This document shows, one piece after another, positions 20,691 through 30,899 of a DNA stretch of 64,000 bases. The first letter of the stretch is position 1. The number at the start of each line of letters is the position of its first letter. Both the position numbers and the translations under genes were made by a program. The notes below the pieces were generated by a model that was not told the DNA's origin, made no database searches, and worked only from the letters and a program-made list of their open reading frames with translations. Source of the DNA: an uncultured Phycisphaerales bacterium. GTDB taxonomy: Bacteria; Planctomycetota; Phycisphaerae; Tepidisphaerales; Tepidisphaeraceae. The stretch spans positions 2,272,001 to 2,336,000 of the forward strand of contig CAVWLP010000002.1 in NCBI GenBank assembly GCA_963755915.1. The letters are read 5' to 3'.

Positions 20691-21380
20691 ATGGCGAAGA
20701 AAGGTAAGAAGATCGAGGAACGGCGCGAGCGGGTGGAGAAGATTCTGCCGATCCTGAAGTCCACGTATCCGAATGCGAAGTGCAGTTTGAATTATCACAC
20801 GCCGCTGCAATTGCTGGTGGCGACGATTCTTTCAGCACAGTGCACGGACGAGCGGGTGAATATCGTTACCAAGACGCTATTTAAGAAATATAAGACGGCG
20901 AAGGATTATACGGAGGCGCCCGAGGGGGAACTGGAGAAGGAGATTCAATCGACCGGGTTTTTCAGGGCCAAGGCGAAGAGTTTGCGCGGGATGGCCAGGA
21001 GGCTGATTGAGGAGCATGGGGGGAAGGTTCCGCAGACGATGGAGGAGCTGACGGCGCTGCCGGGGGTGGGGAGGAAGACGGCGAACGTCGTGCTGGGGAA
21101 TGCGTTTGGGCAGAACGTGGGGGTCGTGGTTGATACGCATGTGGCGCGGCTGAGTGAGCGGCTGGGACTGACTGACGAAACTTCACCGGAGAAGATCGAG
21201 CGGGATTTGATGGAGCTGGTGCCGCAGGAGGATTGGACGCTCTGGTCGCATCTGCTGATTCATCATGGGAGATCGATCTGTATGGCGAGGAAGCCGATGT
21301 GTGAGAGGTGTCCGATTCTGAGGTATTGTCCGACGGGGCCGGGAGTAATTGCGGAACGTGAGAAGAGTCTGAAAGTTTAG
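20691..21380 (+). CDS. nth: Endonuclease III
   Basis: LLVATILSAQCTDERVN, LPGVGRKTANVVL, VDTHV, C-x6-C-x2-C-x5-C. Confidence 0.97.
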   Translation: MAKKGKKIEERRERVEKILPILKSTYPNAKCSLNYHTPLQLLVATILSAQCTDERVNIVTKTLFKKYKTAKDYTEAPEGELEKEIQSTGFFRAKAKSLRGMARRLIEEHGGKVPQTMEELTALPGVGRKTANVVLGNAFGQNVGVVVDTHVARLSERLGLTDETSPEKIERDLMELVPQEDWTLWSHLLIHHGRSICMARKPMCERCPILRYCPTGPGVIAEREKSLKV

Positions 21381-21850
21381 CGGGGGACGAATTTTTCTTT
21401 TGCGATTTTGAAGAGGTGGGTGAGAGGGTCGGGGAGCCAGGTGCGGGTGAGGGTCCAGTCGATGCCATCGCGAAGTTCGGTGTCGCTTAGCTGGCTGATG
21501 GCCTGCTTGCAGCGCAGACGGGCGGCGATGAGGGTTGCGTAATAGATGACCGTGGCCACGTCGGTGGGGAGGCCGATGTCGGGGTCTTTTCTCGCGGCTT
21601 TGGCAAATTCCTTGACGGTTCGCAAGTGATCGAGTGAGGGCTTGCGGGAGGCGAGGAGCTGGCCGAAGGTTTGGCGATGGGCGGGCTGACCGGTCTGGGC
21701 AGAGATGGGGGTTTCCAGGAGATGGCGCAGGATGGCGGCGAGGTCGGCCTCGGACCAGAGAGATTGCTGCGCGTCGAGGCCCATCAGGGCCGAGAGTCGC
21801 GAGGGATGGGTTTGAGTGAGGTCGCGGGTGGTGTGGTGCTTGTTATCCAT
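21377..21850 (-). CDS. Hypothetical helical protein coupled to ECF sigma
   Basis: Directly downstream of the ECF gene on the same strand. Confidence 0.6.
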   Translation of the reverse strand: MDNKHHTTRDLTQTHPSRLSALMGLDAQQSLWSEADLAAILRHLLETPISAQTGQPAHRQTFGQLLASRKPSLDHLRTVKEFAKAARKDPDIGLPTDVATVIYYATLIAARLRCKQAISQLSDTELRDGIDWTLTRTWLPDPLTHLFKIAKEKFVPR

Positions 21851-21861
21851 AGGTTGATAGA

Positions 21862-22595
21862 TCAGGCGCTGGCGCAGGCGAGAATGTGGCGCAAGTCGGC
21901 GATTTCGGTTTCGATTTCGTCCTCATCGGCATATTCGGAGATAATGACACGAAGCGTGCGCTCGAAGAGCGCTTCGCGCTCACGAGCAGGTTGGAGGCCT
22001 GCATGGGGGACTGAAGCTTGTGCCGGATGATGAGCTGTTCGTATTCGATGGGAGGCGCGCCTTCGAGAGCGGGGGCGACGATACGTGCTTCGAAGATGTC
22101 CCACATATCGAGGCGGCCGTTCTGGCGGCACTCTGCCTGCATGCGGCGGAGGGATTCCTGAAGGACCTGGCGTGCCCAGGGGACATCGAAAGAATCGCCG
22201 GGGGCGGGATCGTTGTTGCAGATTTCGCTGTCCTCGGCGAGGGAGACGATCTGCCGGCGGCCGGTCCATTGATTTCGGGCGAAATTGTCGAGGGAAGTTA
22301 ACAGAAGCGTGCGGAATCGGCCGCGCTCGCGGTTGGCGCGGGCGGGCAGATTGTATTGAAGGATTTTCTTGACGATGAATTCCTGGAGGAGATCCTCGGC
22401 GAGCGCCGGCTGCATGCGATGGCGGCGCGTGAGGTGGAGAACTAATACGGGGCGATAGGAATGGAGCAATTGCTCGAGGGCCTGTTCGTGGGACGGATGG
22501 GCGGGATCGCCGGCCTCGGCGACAAGGGTCCAGCGCGTGGGCTGAAATTCATAAGCCTGAGGTTGGGAGGAAATGTTTTCCATGATAGTGTTCAC
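21862..22595 (-). CDS. ECF-type sigma factor (planctomycete/verrucomicrobial type), frameshift ~21970
   Basis: FQPTRWTLV, AEDLLQEF, RGRFRTLLL, FDVPWA, IETEIADL. Confidence 0.8.
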
Positions 22596-22690
22596 TTACA
22601 TCGCCCAGACCCGCGGATTGGATGGAGGTTAGTTTACAGTATGATTTGCAGAGGTGAAATTGAAAATGTAACCGTTGAAGGGCACGAAGG

Positions 22691-23380
22691 ATGCGGATAG
22701 CCGAGATTTTTTATTCGATTCAGGGGGAGGGGAAGCTGATGGGGGTGCCCTCGGTGTTTGTGCGCGTCAGCGGGTGCAATTTGCGGTGCGTGTGGTGCGA
22801 TACGCCTTATGCGAGCTGGGAGCCGGAGGGGGTGGAGGAATCAGTAGAGGCGATTGTGAAGCGGGTGGAGGGGTTTGGGGGGAGGCATGTGGTGATTACC
22901 GGAGGGGAGCCGGCGATTATGGCGGAGTTGCCGGCGCTCTGCGGGGAACTGAAGGGGCGGGGGCAGCACATCACGATCGAGACTGCGGCGACGGTTTTTA
23001 CATCGGCGGCGGTGGATTTGATCAGCATGTCGCCGAAATTGTCGAACTCAACACCCTGGCAGCGTGAAAATGGGAGGTTTGCGGCGGCGCATGAGAGGAA
23101 TCGGCTTAATGTCGAGGTGATTCAGGCGTTTATTGATACCGGGAGTGAGTTTCAGTTGAAGTTTGTGGTTTGTGAGCCGGGGGATATGGTGGAAATTCGG
23201 GAGTTGCTGGGGCGGATTCGGGGGTGGAAGGCGGACGATGTGTTACTGATGCCGGAGGGGGTGGAGCGGGAGGTTCTGGAATCGCGGGCGGGGTGGATTG
23301 GGGAGGTGTGTAAGAAGGAAGGGTTTCGGTTTTGCCCGAGGTTGCATGTGATGTTGTATGGGAATCGGAGGGGGACGTGA
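22691..23380 (+). CDS. queE: 7-carboxy-7-deazaguanine synthase (radical SAM)
   Basis: EIFYSIQGEG, GCNLRCVWCDT, ITGGEP, SPKL, PRLH. Confidence 0.93.
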   Translation: MRIAEIFYSIQGEGKLMGVPSVFVRVSGCNLRCVWCDTPYASWEPEGVEESVEAIVKRVEGFGGRHVVITGGEPAIMAELPALCGELKGRGQHITIETAATVFTSAAVDLISMSPKLSNSTPWQRENGRFAAAHERNRLNVEVIQAFIDTGSEFQLKFVVCEPGDMVEIRELLGRIRGWKADDVLLMPEGVEREVLESRAGWIGEVCKKEGFRFCPRLHVMLYGNRRGT

Positions 23381-23458
23381 AAACGGGAACGGGCCGGCTC
23401 ATGCCTGGAACGAGGGTGCGGTGACGTTCGAGAGGGCGGTTGACGGAAGAAGGGGGCG

Positions 23459-23890
23459 TTATTCTTCTTCGTGGAGCTGCGAGATCGGTTGGCGGCCTGC
23501 GAATCCGGTTTGGATTTCGTGCCAGAATTCGATGGCGTCTTCGCCTAGCTTCCAGCAGAGGCAGACGTCGTGACCGCGGTGACGGCCAAGGAAATCGACC
23601 AGGCCCATCTGGTAATCTTTCAAATCGCAGCCAATATCACGCAATTCTTCGACGTAATTCTGCAAATGCTCGACGGCGAGGTCGATTTTGGTCTGGATGG
23701 CCGGCTGATCCTTGTGCTTGGCGGCTTCGAGATCGGCCTGCATATTGGTGATCTGGTCGTGCGTCTTGACGATGTCGGTGACGACGCGGCGGACCAGAGG
23801 GAGCGAGCGGTTGGCCTCGGCGAGCTTAAATCGCTTGGCGGTGCGGGAAGGGGAAACGGATTTTGGGGTGGTGAAACGCGGACCAGCCAT
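23459..23890 (-). CDS. DUF2203 family protein
   Basis: F..AEAN..LP, LKD...GLVDF, LCWKLGE..I.FWH...GFAGRQP. Confidence 0.88.
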   Translation of the reverse strand: MAGPRFTTPKSVSPSRTAKRFKLAEANRSLPLVRRVVTDIVKTHDQITNMQADLEAAKHKDQPAIQTKIDLAVEHLQNYVEELRDIGCDLKDYQMGLVDFLGRHRGHDVCLCWKLGEDAIEFWHEIQTGFAGRQPISQLHEEE

Positions 23891-24292
23891 CGAAAACGAC
23901 CGCCTTTCTGTCGGGCGACGGAGCCTTCTGCGGAGGGTGCTCAAGAGTCGCCGTTATCGCGTTGGTGGTTCGCGGGAAACTCGCGAAGCCCGTGAAGCGT
24001 CGCCCAGGTTCGAAGGCGTGCGCTTCACCGCGATTATGATCGCTCCCCGGCCAGTGTCAACCTGCCAAAGCATCGGCATTTCGGAATGATTGGAATCAGT
24101 TGAGTAAATGGGGAAACTCTGAGGGGCCGTGCGGTAAAAGGTTGGGTTTGGTTGGTCGAACTGAGGCGGGATTGTTTGGACGGAAGGATGATCGACCAGT
24201 GGATTCGGGTCAGCGCCGGGTCCGATAGCCCCGGGCAGGCGGTGAGGGGACTTTTCCGGGCCGATTGAAATATTTTTTAAGAAAAATTCTCA

Positions 24293-24346
24293 GATTTTTC
24301 AAAAATAGGTACAAAACGTACACCTTTTGGACCTGTATATAGATGC
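24293..24346 (+). promoter_or_regulatory. Bipartite motif copy A, upstream of phage-like operon
   Basis: CAAAAATAGGTACAAAACGT-N9-GGACCTGTATATAGA; same blocks on minus strand at 61603-61656. Confidence 0.75.
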
Positions 24347-24395
24347 ACAGTATTAAACGCACGCAAGTGCGGCTGAAGTGATATCCACTCGCATC

Positions 24396-24456
24396 CGGCG
24401 GTGGGGCGGGAAGTCGCGGGCAGCCTCCTTCCCGCGATGCTCCGCCGCCGTTTTTT
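24396..24456 (+). terminator. Leader hairpin with U-tract (attenuator-like or small RNA)
   Basis: CGGCGGTGGGGC/GCTCCGCCGCCG outer stem, TCGCGGG/CCCGCGA inner stem, loop CAGCCTCCTT, T6. Confidence 0.6.
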
Positions 24457-24485
24457 GGGGTTTCAAATATTGAGAGGATTGGATT

Positions 24486-24863
24486 ATGTGCGCTCGATTT
24501 TTGAGGCTGGGCAGTGTTGCCGCCGCATTCGCGGTTGTGTCCCTGGTCGCGGCTTGCGCGGCGATGCAGGTTCCGAATAATCCGACGACCCAGGCGTTTG
24601 GGGAAGCAAGCGCGGTGACGGGGGCGATGGCTTCGACGGTGGCCCTGGCGGCTCCGGTTCCCTGGGGGCAGGTTGTGGCCAGTGCGCTGGGGGCGATCAG
24701 CGTGATCGCGGGGATCATTGCCCACAGCACGGTCTCGAAGAATAGCGCTCAGGAAGTGACCAGCGCCGTGGCGACGGGGATTCAGGCGGCGTCGCAGACG
24801 CTGGGAATTGGCGCGGGGCCCGCGGCGCCGTCGAACGCGGCAAACGCTCTGGCGGTGAAATAG
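24486..24863 (+). CDS. Small membrane/lipoprotein-like protein (holin/spanin-like position)
   Basis: Hydrophobic leader with VAAC lipobox-like motif, second hydrophobic helix; GAGAGGA RBS. Confidence 0.55.
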   Translation: MCARFLRLGSVAAAFAVVSLVAACAAMQVPNNPTTQAFGEASAVTGAMASTVALAAPVPWGQVVASALGAISVIAGIIAHSTVSKNSAQEVTSAVATGIQAASQTLGIGAGPAAPSNAANALAVK

Positions 24864-24903
24864 AACGTGCATGCTTTTGGGAAATAGCCGGAGAAAATAA
24901 TCC

Positions 24904-25169
24904 ATGCCGCCGCCCACCTTTCGATCTGGACACGGAATGGCTACGCCGATGGTTCGTGGGACGAATATCGGTTGCACGTCATTCAAAGCCTCAAGCGGAT
25001 TGACGACGGGCTGGAAAAACTGTGGCAGGCGATCTCGGATGTTAAGCGGGATGTGACGGCACTTAAGATCAAGGTGGCCGTATGGATCGCGGCGTTTGGA
25101 TTTGCGGGGGCGTCGATTCCCATTATTGTGGATGCGCTACTGCGATGGAAAGAAATCACGGCACAATAA
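24904..25169 (+). CDS. Coiled-coil + single TM protein (holin-like), probable frameshift near start
   Basis: WDEYRLHVIQSLKRIDDGLEKL..LKIKVAVWIAAFG. Confidence 0.5.
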
Positions 25170-25176
25170 TCAGGCG

Positions 25177-27165
25177 ATGGGGAAAACTATGAGGCATAGA
25201 CATCGGGGATTGAAAATTACGTTTGCCGCGCTCGTCGCGGTTGGTTTGCTGGCGACTGCGATTGCGCAGGTTTATCAGATTCAGACGAACGTAATGGATT
25301 CGAGTGGCCGGGTTATCGCGACGGCGACGACGCAGTTGAGCCTGGGGGCGCCGGCGACGAATCCGAGCGCGACCACGCAGGCGACGGGCGATGCCCAGCC
25401 GGCTGGAGCGACGGTCGCAGCGACGGCCGCTGGGCCGGGTTATCCGGCGATGGCTGGGAAGGTCTATCCTTCGGATGCATGGCTGAAGACGTTTTCATAT
25501 TTCAATGCGACGGCGGCGGATCCGGCCGGGTGGATCGACCTGGCGCCGCTGATTCCAGCCAATGCGTCCATCGTTTGCGCGAGGAGCAGCCCGCTTTATC
25601 AGGCAGGCTATTACACGGACGGCGCCAGCGCCTGGCAGGCGGCGATTGCCAATGGATCGAAAACCGTGCTGTTCCTCTACGGCGGGGGCGATACGTCCGT
25701 GACGATTAAGGATTCGCTGCATCCTAATGGCGTGACGCTGAACGCTTTTTCGCCGGCGATGGTGGACTTCAGCGTGCAGAGCACGACGGGAACCGCGGCG
25801 CGGCCGATTATCATCAGCAGCATCGATACCAGTGGAGTGTGGGATCAGTACAACGAATCGGAACGGCCGATCCTGGAAAACAATATTCCAATCGCCGGCA
25901 ACGCGACGCCGGGAGGGCCGGCGTGGGATTCGCCGATTCAGTATGTGATCTATGACCGGCTGCGGTTCTACAATCCCACGCGCGATCCCAGCAGCTCGCA
26001 ATTCAGCGGCAACTCGACAGCGCTCGGGGCGGGCAACACGGCGATTGGGATCGCGATAACTTCGTCCTGGGCGGAGGGAGTCAGCGGGTATTTCCTATTC
26101 GAAGACGTGAGGTCGAGCTTCTTCCATTCGATGTTCGATCTGGAGAATGACCAGCAGGGATCGCAGCTTAACACGATCATCATTCGGCGGTGTGTTTGCG
26201 ACAATAACTATGCGGGGCAAGTCGATTACGGCTCCTTTGATTCGGACATTCAGGACTTGCTCGTCGCCGATTCGACGTTCGATCTGAATGGGTGGAATCC
26301 GACGGTCACGGGAAAGACGGATGCCCAGGGGCGGGAGCATGATTGGTATGACGCGATCTGGCCGTCGTGGGACAGTCGCGATCCGCTGCACCGGTTCGTG
26401 AACGATATTTTCGCGCGACCGATGGCGGATGGGATCGAAGGCAATGCGCCCGACACGCTGATCGATCACCCGGTATTTGTCGCGTGCCCCATAGCCGGGT
26501 ACTGCGGTGCGGGAGGCGTGGGGGTGATTCAGAATTATCTGGTTGATGGCGGCAGCGGGGCGTTTGATGTGCTGGGGCCTGGCAGCGGTCTGTCGCTGAC
26601 CTGGCCGACGGTCAACGGGAATGGGCGTGGGTGGGGCGTCTATCTGGATTGTGCGATGACGGGGTCGCTGATCAATGGGATCACGCTTGGCAAGGCAGAC
26701 GCGAATGATGCGGCCATCAATCCGGGACAGGCAACCGGCGTGCATTGCGAAGATGCGCAGAAGGGATTGCCGAGCGAGGCCACGGCGGCAACTTTGACGA
26801 ATGTGCGCGTACATGATTGGTATGAGTGGAATGGCGGCGCGTCAAATCCTTCGGCAGCGAATGTCGTGAACCTGAGCAATGCGGGGCCTCCGCAGCCGAC
26901 GATTACGTATGGCAATTGCGTGTTGCCGGGCGTGAACGGGGTTACCGGCGTCAGCGCGGTCGAGCCGAATTACGTCGACGACACGCGCTGCGTGGCGACG
27001 TATGCAGCCGGGCTCGGTATCGGTGGTGTTGTAGATGCGCCGAGTTTTCTGACGGCGGCGGACGATAACTGGTCGGCCCCCAATGAGACGGCGTCTGGCT
27101 ACAACGTGAACCTGGCGGCGACGGCGGTGTTCAATTGGGTGAACGCGGGATTTCAAACGAGATGA
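25177..27165 (+). CDS. Secreted beta-helix-like protein
   Basis: Sec-type signal (RHRHRGLK-hydrophobic-AIA), Thr/Ala linker, beta-rich N/D/G body. Confidence 0.65.
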   Translation: MGKTMRHRHRGLKITFAALVAVGLLATAIAQVYQIQTNVMDSSGRVIATATTQLSLGAPATNPSATTQATGDAQPAGATVAATAAGPGYPAMAGKVYPSDAWLKTFSYFNATAADPAGWIDLAPLIPANASIVCARSSPLYQAGYYTDGASAWQAAIANGSKTVLFLYGGGDTSVTIKDSLHPNGVTLNAFSPAMVDFSVQSTTGTAARPIIISSIDTSGVWDQYNESERPILENNIPIAGNATPGGPAWDSPIQYVIYDRLRFYNPTRDPSSSQFSGNSTALGAGNTAIGIAITSSWAEGVSGYFLFEDVRSSFFHSMFDLENDQQGSQLNTIIIRRCVCDNNYAGQVDYGSFDSDIQDLLVADSTFDLNGWNPTVTGKTDAQGREHDWYDAIWPSWDSRDPLHRFVNDIFARPMADGIEGNAPDTLIDHPVFVACPIAGYCGAGGVGVIQNYLVDGGSGAFDVLGPGSGLSLTWPTVNGNGRGWGVYLDCAMTGSLINGITLGKADANDAAINPGQATGVHCEDAQKGLPSEATAATLTNVRVHDWYEWNGGASNPSAANVVNLSNAGPPQPTITYGNCVLPGVNGVTGVSAVEPNYVDDTRCVATYAAGLGIGGVVDAPSFLTAADDNWSAPNETASGYNVNLAATAVFNWVNAGFQTR

Positions 27166-27171
27166 ATATCC

Positions 27172-28878
27172 ATGCAGGGACGATATATCGGACAATTTCT
27201 CCCGGCCTCGGGTGGGACGATGACGGGAACGCTCTCCATGGGCGGCAATGCCTTCAACGGCGTCACCACGATCGCCGACACGGGCGGCAATCAGCAGATC
27301 ACCCTCGATCCAGTTAACGGATCCGTGAATTTTCTGCTCGGGGATGGCTTGTGCACCGACTCATCCGAGGAGGGCGGGCTCTATGCGAAGACGGCTGGCG
27401 ATCCCATTTTGTACGGAAACTCGATCCAGCTCGATGCGACGAGTACGAGCATCCAGCTCAGCGCTGGCGGCACGATGTCGCTCACGGGGAAGACACTGAC
27501 TGCAACGGCGACGGTCGGCAACCTTCAATTAAGCGCGTCGTCAACGCTCAGCCTGTCGTGCGGCGGGGGATCGCTGGTCCTTTCAACGACGAACGCACTG
27601 TCTGGGGCGACCACGTTCAACAACAAGCTGGTGCACTCCACCTGGACGGCAACGCAGCTCATTTGCGTCGATGGGACAAATGGCGATGACACCAACGGCG
27701 ACGGGACGGCGCAGAATCCGTTGAAGACGCTCACGCAGGCGGTGAGCGTCGCCACCTCGGGCATGTGCATCTTCCTGGGGCCGGGGACCTACGCGGGCGG
27801 GGAAACGATTGCCTCGGGAGTGAGTCTAGTCGGATCGGGGCGCGGTGTTACCACGGTATATAAGAACTCGGCGGCGGTGCTTGCGCTCTCCAACTCGGCA
27901 TACCTGGCGAACCTGACGGTCTCCGGCGCGACACAGTCGGACAGCACGTTTGGTGTTCCGATATCGGTTGCCGGTGGGACGACCGGGTCGCTTTCGTGGG
28001 TGTTGGATAATGTCTCGCTGTACTGCCCCGCGGACGGCGTTCTGCTGAACGGCACCGGGGTTACGGGAGGCGCACTTACATTCTTCAACTGCCAGTTTTT
28101 CACCGGGTGCTGGTCGATTTTGGATTCGATCGGGCTTTCGATCGACGCGTACGATTGCGGCTGGACGTATTTTAATTTCACCAATCGCACGACGCCGCAG
28201 ATCGCGGCCGTCGTTTGCAACGCGAACAACTCGATCTTTCGGGCGTTCGGCGGAAATGTGACGGTGAATTATTCCGGAACCGCAACAAATTTCACCGCCA
28301 ACGCGGTGGTCATGGGGCCGGGATCAACGAATAGCAATGCGCAGTTTTATGGAACCAGCATTTACTTTAATTGTCCGAACATTCCCTCCACCGCGCTGTG
28401 CACGCCATTCAACCAGGATGGGACGGGGACATCGACGGTGATCGTGGGAAGGGGGTCGGCGTTCAACGGGACGTATCAAAACTCGACAACCAACGGGCTG
28501 TTGAGCGGTTACTTCCCGGCGATTGTGGTGCCGGATTCAAATTACGCACTTGGCGTTTCATCGATCGCGGTGACGCCGCCCTATTTCATGGATGATGTGC
28601 AGAATGAAGTCGCGGTCGATGCGGGAACGCTTGCGTCCAATACCCTGACGATCAATGCGCCTTCGCCCGGCGTGGCGAGCGACCGCGGCAAGGTGTCATT
28701 TCGCGTCAAGAATACCAACAGCGGATCGACGGCGATGACGCTGTCGCTCAATGCCGTCTATAACGTGGGCTCGACGACGGTGGGCACCATCGCGGCGGGA
28801 AAGCGGGCGTATCTGTCGTTTGTTTACGACACGGACAATTCGAAGTGGGACCTGACGGGCTACAGCAACGGATTATGA
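27172..28878 (+). CDS. Tail fibre/spike-like beta-helix protein
   Basis: FLPASGGTMTGTLSM fibre-type repeat; VDGTNGDDTNGDGTAQNPLKTLTQAV..IFLGPGTY pectin-lyase-like start; T/S/G/N rich. Confidence 0.65.
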   Translation: MQGRYIGQFLPASGGTMTGTLSMGGNAFNGVTTIADTGGNQQITLDPVNGSVNFLLGDGLCTDSSEEGGLYAKTAGDPILYGNSIQLDATSTSIQLSAGGTMSLTGKTLTATATVGNLQLSASSTLSLSCGGGSLVLSTTNALSGATTFNNKLVHSTWTATQLICVDGTNGDDTNGDGTAQNPLKTLTQAVSVATSGMCIFLGPGTYAGGETIASGVSLVGSGRGVTTVYKNSAAVLALSNSAYLANLTVSGATQSDSTFGVPISVAGGTTGSLSWVLDNVSLYCPADGVLLNGTGVTGGALTFFNCQFFTGCWSILDSIGLSIDAYDCGWTYFNFTNRTTPQIAAVVCNANNSIFRAFGGNVTVNYSGTATNFTANAVVMGPGSTNSNAQFYGTSIYFNCPNIPSTALCTPFNQDGTGTSTVIVGRGSAFNGTYQNSTTNGLLSGYFPAIVVPDSNYALGVSSIAVTPPYFMDDVQNEVAVDAGTLASNTLTINAPSPGVASDRGKVSFRVKNTNSGSTAMTLSLNAVYNVGSTTVGTIAAGKRAYLSFVYDTDNSKWDLTGYSNGL

Positions 28879-28881
28879 GCC

Positions 28882-29879
28882 ATGGCCAACGAAATCCAAC
28901 AGCAATACATTACGGGCAAGACCGTCTACGCAACGGTGACGCGGGCCGATGGCGAAGTCTGGCGGACCGACACCAGCGTGTTCGAAGCGCGAACTTCGTC
29001 GGACTGGGCCCACTACGCGATCACGACGAGCGAGGCGGGTGCGACCGGGTATTACGTCGGCAGCTTTCCGACCGGGATCACGGCGGCCGGAAGTTACAAC
29101 GTGCAGTTCTGGCGCAAGCGGGAAGCAGCCCGAGCGTGACGGATTTGAATAATGGGATGTTGGGAGGCGTGATTTACTGGACGGGGAGTGCCGAGGCGTT
29201 TGCGCTGGCGTCTTCGGCGGCGAATGCGGCCAACGCGGCGATGAACGGGCAGAATCTTGCCGCGAACATCGTGCAGGTTGCCGGGCAGAGCGCCAGCGCG
29301 GCGGGGGCGGTGACGTTTCCCGCGTCGATCGGCACGAGCACCTTCGCGGCGGGGGGGAACGTGAATGTGACACAGATCGCCGGGCAGACGGCAAGCGCGT
29401 CAAGTCCGGTGACATTTCCGGGCTCAATCGGCACGAGCACGCTGACGCAAACGCAGGTGACGGGGGGATCGTATGCATTGAGCACGAATTCGTCGGGGCA
29501 GGTAAATATCGTGCCGAACCAGGCGGTGAATGTGGCCCAGTGGAACGGCTCGGCGGTTTCGCTGAGCGGGGGATTGCCGAATGTCAGCGGCGGTGGCGGC
29601 GGAATCGATTCCGGGCCGATTCCGATCAACCAGGATACGGGCGGGACGGATAATCTCCGGTACGTGGACGAATCGGGAAACGGCGTGGGGGATGCGAATA
29701 TTTTGGTCTACCTGGCGACGGATTGGCCGGCCAATCCCAGCGCAGTCCAGGCGACGGCGATGACCGGGCCGGACGGAAGATGGCTGGCGCCGGCGTTTGT
29801 GCAGAGCGGGACGTATGTGGCGGTCTTCACGAAACTGGGGGTGGATGGGCCGGATGTTTCGGCGGCGTTTACGGTGTGA
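28882..29879 (+). CDS. Putative virion structural protein (frameshift ~29115) with internal repeat
   Basis: NIVQVAGQSASAAGAVTFPASIGTST / NVTQIAGQTASASSPVTFPGSIGTST. Confidence 0.6.
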
Positions 29880-29925
29880 ATCGCGACATTCGTCGTGATA
29901 CGCGGAGTTTTTTCGAGGAACCAAT

Positions 29926-30372
29926 ATGCCAGTGACGGCAACGCCAATTAATGACGGCTCGGCCGCGGGGCAGTATGCCGCGCAGAGCGATGTCGAGTCG
30001 CAGTTCGGGATCGACAACGTGCGGGTGTGGTCGCAGCTCGACAACACGGTTTGCACGGCAGACGTGGCGCGAATTCAGCAGGCGCTGAATTACGCGGATG
30101 GGATGATCATCTCGACGTTCGCGAATTTCGGGAATTACGTGACTCCGCTGGCGCCGGTTGGAACGGACGCGGTGCTGGTGACGCGATGGGCGGCGGTGAT
30201 CGCGGGGGCGTGGCTTTATCAGTCGCGCGGGTTTCGGGATGAGGATGTTGAGGGGGATCACCTGGCGAAGCTGCTGAAGGAAGTGGAGGGGGAGATGCTG
30301 CGGTACCGGGCGGGCGAGAAGCTGAACGCGGCGCGAAGATGGCCGGCAGCGACGGCGCCGGTGGGATATTGA
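29926..30372 (+). CDS. Mu gp36/DUF1320-like head-tail connector
   Basis: YAAQSDVESQFG, IQQALNYADGMI, YVTPL, WLYQSR. Confidence 0.7.
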   Translation: MPVTATPINDGSAAGQYAAQSDVESQFGIDNVRVWSQLDNTVCTADVARIQQALNYADGMIISTFANFGNYVTPLAPVGTDAVLVTRWAAVIAGAWLYQSRGFRDEDVEGDHLAKLLKEVEGEMLRYRAGEKLNAARRWPAATAPVGY

Positions 30373-30382
30373 GGGGGGTCGT

Positions 30383-30899
30383 ATGACGGTTGAAACGGTG
30401 GCAATCGAGAGCGTCAGCCCCGATCCGGCGAATGCGCAAGCACGGGCCGAGGAACCTCGACGCGATTGTGGCAAGCCTGCGGCGGTTTGGGCAGCAGAAG
30501 CCGATCGTTGTCGATTCCAAGGGCGTCGTGCGGGCGGGAAACGGGCAGCTCGAGGCGGCGAAGATGCTGGGTTGGACGCATATTCGCGTCGTGAAGTCGG
30601 ATTTGCCGGCGACGGAATTGACGGCGTTCGCCATCGCGGACAATCGGACGGCGGAACTTGCCGAATGGGATGACGACGTGCTGGCGGGCACGCTGGCGGA
30701 TCCGGAGATTGGAGATGTGGGATTCAACGGCGAGGAGATCAAGGGATTTTCTGCCGAAGACGAGCCTGACTTGAGTGCGGGCAGTGAGATTCAGGCGATG
30801 TTTGAGGTCGTGGTGGAATGCCGGGATGAGCAGGAGCAGAAGGTGCTTTACCAGCGGCTGACGTCCGAGGGATATTCATGCAGATTGTTCACGCTGTAG
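30383..30899 (+). CDS. ParB/Srx N-terminal domain protein (frameshift ~30436)
   Basis: PDPANA(R)KH, SLRRFGQQKPIVVD, AGNG, IADNRTAELAEWD. Confidence 0.85.

Noticed and set aside
22691-23380. queE as part of a phage 7-deazaguanine DNA modification system
   Set aside because: Lies outside the element among host genes; no dpdA, folE, queC or queD nearby.
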